Positions 61,846 through 64,000 of a stretch of DNA of 64,000 bases are shown here, piece by piece (position 1 is the stretch's first letter; every line of letters starts with the position of its first letter). Both the position numbers and the translations under genes were made by a program. This DNA comes from Abditibacterium sp. (GTDB lineage: Bacteria > Armatimonadota > Abditibacteriia > Abditibacteriales > Abditibacteriaceae), in the NCBI GenBank assembly GCA_965199495.1, contig CBDASK010000003.1, positions 2,048,001-2,112,000 on the forward strand, written 5' to 3'. Below the pieces are notes generated by a model. It was not told where the DNA came from. It worked only from the letters and a program-made list of their open reading frames with translations, and ran no database searches.

Positions 61846-62466
61846 CTATTTGCGAGTGGGTTGCGCAGCCCATAGCAGTAACCAAGGCTCAATATGAGAT
61901 GTGTTTAGAGAACCACGCGTTTCGCTACCATCCATCCTGTGACCGTAGTAGTTAGCAGGAGATTCCAACTCAACAGGAATGTTGAGTAGCAACTTTGCAT
62001 GGGGCGTTTCCCAATACAGGTCTATGGTTCCTTCGGGGCCATTTTGCACCTTGGGAATGGCGAACACCAAACCCAACTCCTGAACAAACTTCGCGCTGTC
62101 GATGAGAAAGCGCGCCGCACGTTCCCAGGTCGCTTCGGCATAACCAGGACTACCTTCATCGTCCCAGTTGTTGTGTAAGGCCAGCATCCATCGGGACTCA
62201 TTGAGCGCCTCGGTCAAACCCTTTAACTCCATTGGCAACTCTTCGTCCAATCCAGTAACGCGGGGCAATTGTGGTGAACGAACATCCGCACTCGGCAACA
62301 CCAATATTATTCTCGTTGTTGCATCTTCGCGTCTCGAAGTCGGGCGCTTGATCTGAGATTGCCTTGAAGCATTATCTGATGGCAGTGTGATCCACCATGA
62401 TGGCTCTTCTGTATATTCAAAAAATGAGGTGCATTTACGCACATTAGCAGCAATGCTTAAGCTCAT
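61846..62466 (-). CDS. Hypothetical protein (NWDxxG...GxIxLxW pattern)
   Basis: ATGA overlap with the upstream gene; LHNNWDDEGS, PEGTIDLYW. Confidence 0.7.
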   Translation of the reverse strand: MSLSIAANVRKCTSFFEYTEEPSWWITLPSDNASRQSQIKRPTSRREDATTRIILVLPSADVRSPQLPRVTGLDEELPMELKGLTEALNESRWMLALHNNWDDEGSPGYAEATWERAARFLIDSAKFVQELGLVFAIPKVQNGPEGTIDLYWETPHAKLLLNIPVELESPANYYGHRMDGSETRGSLNTSHIEPWLLLWAAQPTRK

Positions 62467-63170
62467 GAGAGATTCCTTTTAGGTGTCAACTGAGGGACGC
62501 CCGACCTTTCCAACAACTGCGCCGTGACTTGTGCTTTCTGCTCGGCGCGCTGGAGCTTAGTAATGAGTTCGGCTACATCTTTAGGGGAAAGCGTGAGATG
62601 CAGTTGGCGCCAGCCATCGCCTTCCATGTAATCCAGACTCAAAGTGTGAAGCACCAAGGCTCCGGTGATTGCCGTCGCTGAGTTATTAAAGATGTGCCGC
62701 ACATCGGTGTAAACGGCGCTTTCACGCAAAACGCACTGAAAGTCAAAGAGCAACTCGCGCGCCTTGGACATAATGACGATTGCACTCTCTTCTCCCCACG
62801 CTGGAGCGATAATTTCGACACATTCCAACCACTTTTGTCTCACCTCATCCGTCCAGTCGGGAAATTGGCTCTGCTCTAATCCTTTGGCGAATGCCTCGGC
62901 AACAGAAAAGGTCACGTCATTTTCATTCTCAGAGAAATCACGTTCCAAGCGGCTAATGTTAAGTGCCAGAAACAGAACTGACTCAACAATCGTGGGCGTA
63001 ATCTGTTCGCGCCCAATTTGTGTGGAGCAAGCCACAGCTAAATCTTCAACATCCGAGCAGGGTTGAGCGGTCTCCAAATAAGTGGAAATGGCGCGCAGAT
63101 CATCCAATTCAAGATTAAGAATAGCCTGAATATGTGGCCATGCGACTTTAGAAATTTGCACGGGAGGCAT
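62463..63170 (-). CDS. Hypothetical protein, possible prokaryotic COMM-domain (COMMD-like) protein
   Basis: Helical N-terminal region, then three beta-like strands and a long amphipathic helix (LSPKDVAELITKLQRAEQKA). Confidence 0.6.
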   Translation of the reverse strand: MPPVQISKVAWPHIQAILNLELDDLRAISTYLETAQPCSDVEDLAVACSTQIGREQITPTIVESVLFLALNISRLERDFSENENDVTFSVAEAFAKGLEQSQFPDWTDEVRQKWLECVEIIAPAWGEESAIVIMSKARELLFDFQCVLRESAVYTDVRHIFNNSATAITGALVLHTLSLDYMEGDGWRQLHLTLSPKDVAELITKLQRAEQKAQVTAQLLERSGVPQLTPKRNLS

Positions 63171-63308
63171 GAGATGAACCGGAAAATGACAAAGACACAA
63201 TCGGACAGCGCCTTGAAGAATTTCAGTGTTCTAATAATATACCTTTAAATTGCCAATTCAGTCCACCAAAGGATTACTAAAAGTGAATTTTTGAGTGCCG
63301 GACAAATT

Positions 63309-64000
63309 TCAAAACAAGAAATAACGTTGCGTCATCGGCAATTCCGTCGCCGGTTCGCAGGTCAACAGTTCGCCATCGGCGCGAACTTCGTAAGTTTCAG
63401 GATTGACGCTAATTTCGGGCGTCGCGTCGTTGTGAATCATGTCGGCTTTGCTCACATCGCGGCAATTGCGCACCGCTTCGATGCGGCGTTCCAATCCCAA
63501 TTTTTCCGGCAAACCTTCGTCTAAAGCGATTTGCGAAACGAAAGTCAAACTCGTCTGGCGGCGCGCGAGGCCGAAATTGGCGAACATCGGGCGGCCCCAT
63601 TGCGGTTGCGGCGTGGGAATCGAGGCGTTCGGGTCGCCCATCTGGGCGTAGGCGATGGCGCCGCCTTTGAGAACCATTTCGGGTTTGACGCCGAAAAACG
63701 CCGGATTCCAGATCACTAAATCGGCGAATTTGCCGACTTCGATTGAGCCGACCAAATGCGCGATGCCGTGCGCGCGCGCCGGGTTGATGCCGACTTTGGC
63801 GATGTAACGTTTGATGCGCGCGTTGTCGGAATGGTTATCGTCGCCGCTTAAAGCGCCGCGTTGCGTTTTCATTTTGTGCGCGGTTTGCCAGGTGCGCGTG
63901 ATGACTTCGCCGATGCGGCCCATCGCCTGCGAATCGGAACTGATCATCGAAAAGACGCCCAAATCGTGCAAAATATCTTCGGCGGCGATAGTTTCCGAGC
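63309..64000 (-). CDS. ureC: Urease subunit alpha (3' part; gene starts beyond the window)
   Basis: [34 protein letters not shown]. Confidence 0.97.
   Translation of the reverse strand, partial: SETIAAEDILHDLGVFSMISSDSQAMGRIGEVITRTWQTAHKMKTQRGALSGDDNHSDNARIKRYIAKVGINPARAHGIAHLVGSIEVGKFADLVIWNPAFFGVKPEMVLKGGAIAYAQMGDPNASIPTPQPQWGRPMFANFGLARRQTSLTFVSQIALDEGLPEKLGLERRIEAVRNCRDVSKADMIHNDATPEISVNPETYEVRADGELLTCEPATELPMTQRYFLF

Overview
64 kb of GC-rich chromosome from a Gram-negative-type bacterium; the gene style suggests Abditibacteriota/Armatimonadota, but that is an impression only. It is mostly housekeeping and accessory genes: a TonB-dependent receptor-exbB-exbD-tonB operon (receptor frameshifted), efp, argC, a hybrid histidine kinase, katE and dps, an OmpR-type two-component system divergent from a VIT1 transporter and a second TonB receptor, rpe, pyrF, purE, queA, and a urease cluster split by about 6 kb of other genes. 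I found no rRNA, tRNA, transposase, integrase or CRISPR array. Highlights: (1) a compositionally foreign three-gene cassette at 61335-63170 (COMM-domain-like protein, unknown protein, ADP-ribosyltransferase-fold-like protein), a candidate new toxin or anti-phage system; (2) a full-length ArgRS paralog lacking its HIGH and KMSK motifs; (3) an RGPP arrest-peptide leader ahead of the TonB receptor operon; (4) a strongly over-represented octamer CAGCCACG; (5) a four-helix-bundle gene bracketed by inverted heptamer arrays, plus many long intergenic palindromes, some of which copy gene ends; (6) an apparently dead antitoxin-PIN fusion and a Dps with a signal peptide. All family calls come from motifs recognised by eye, not from database searches.
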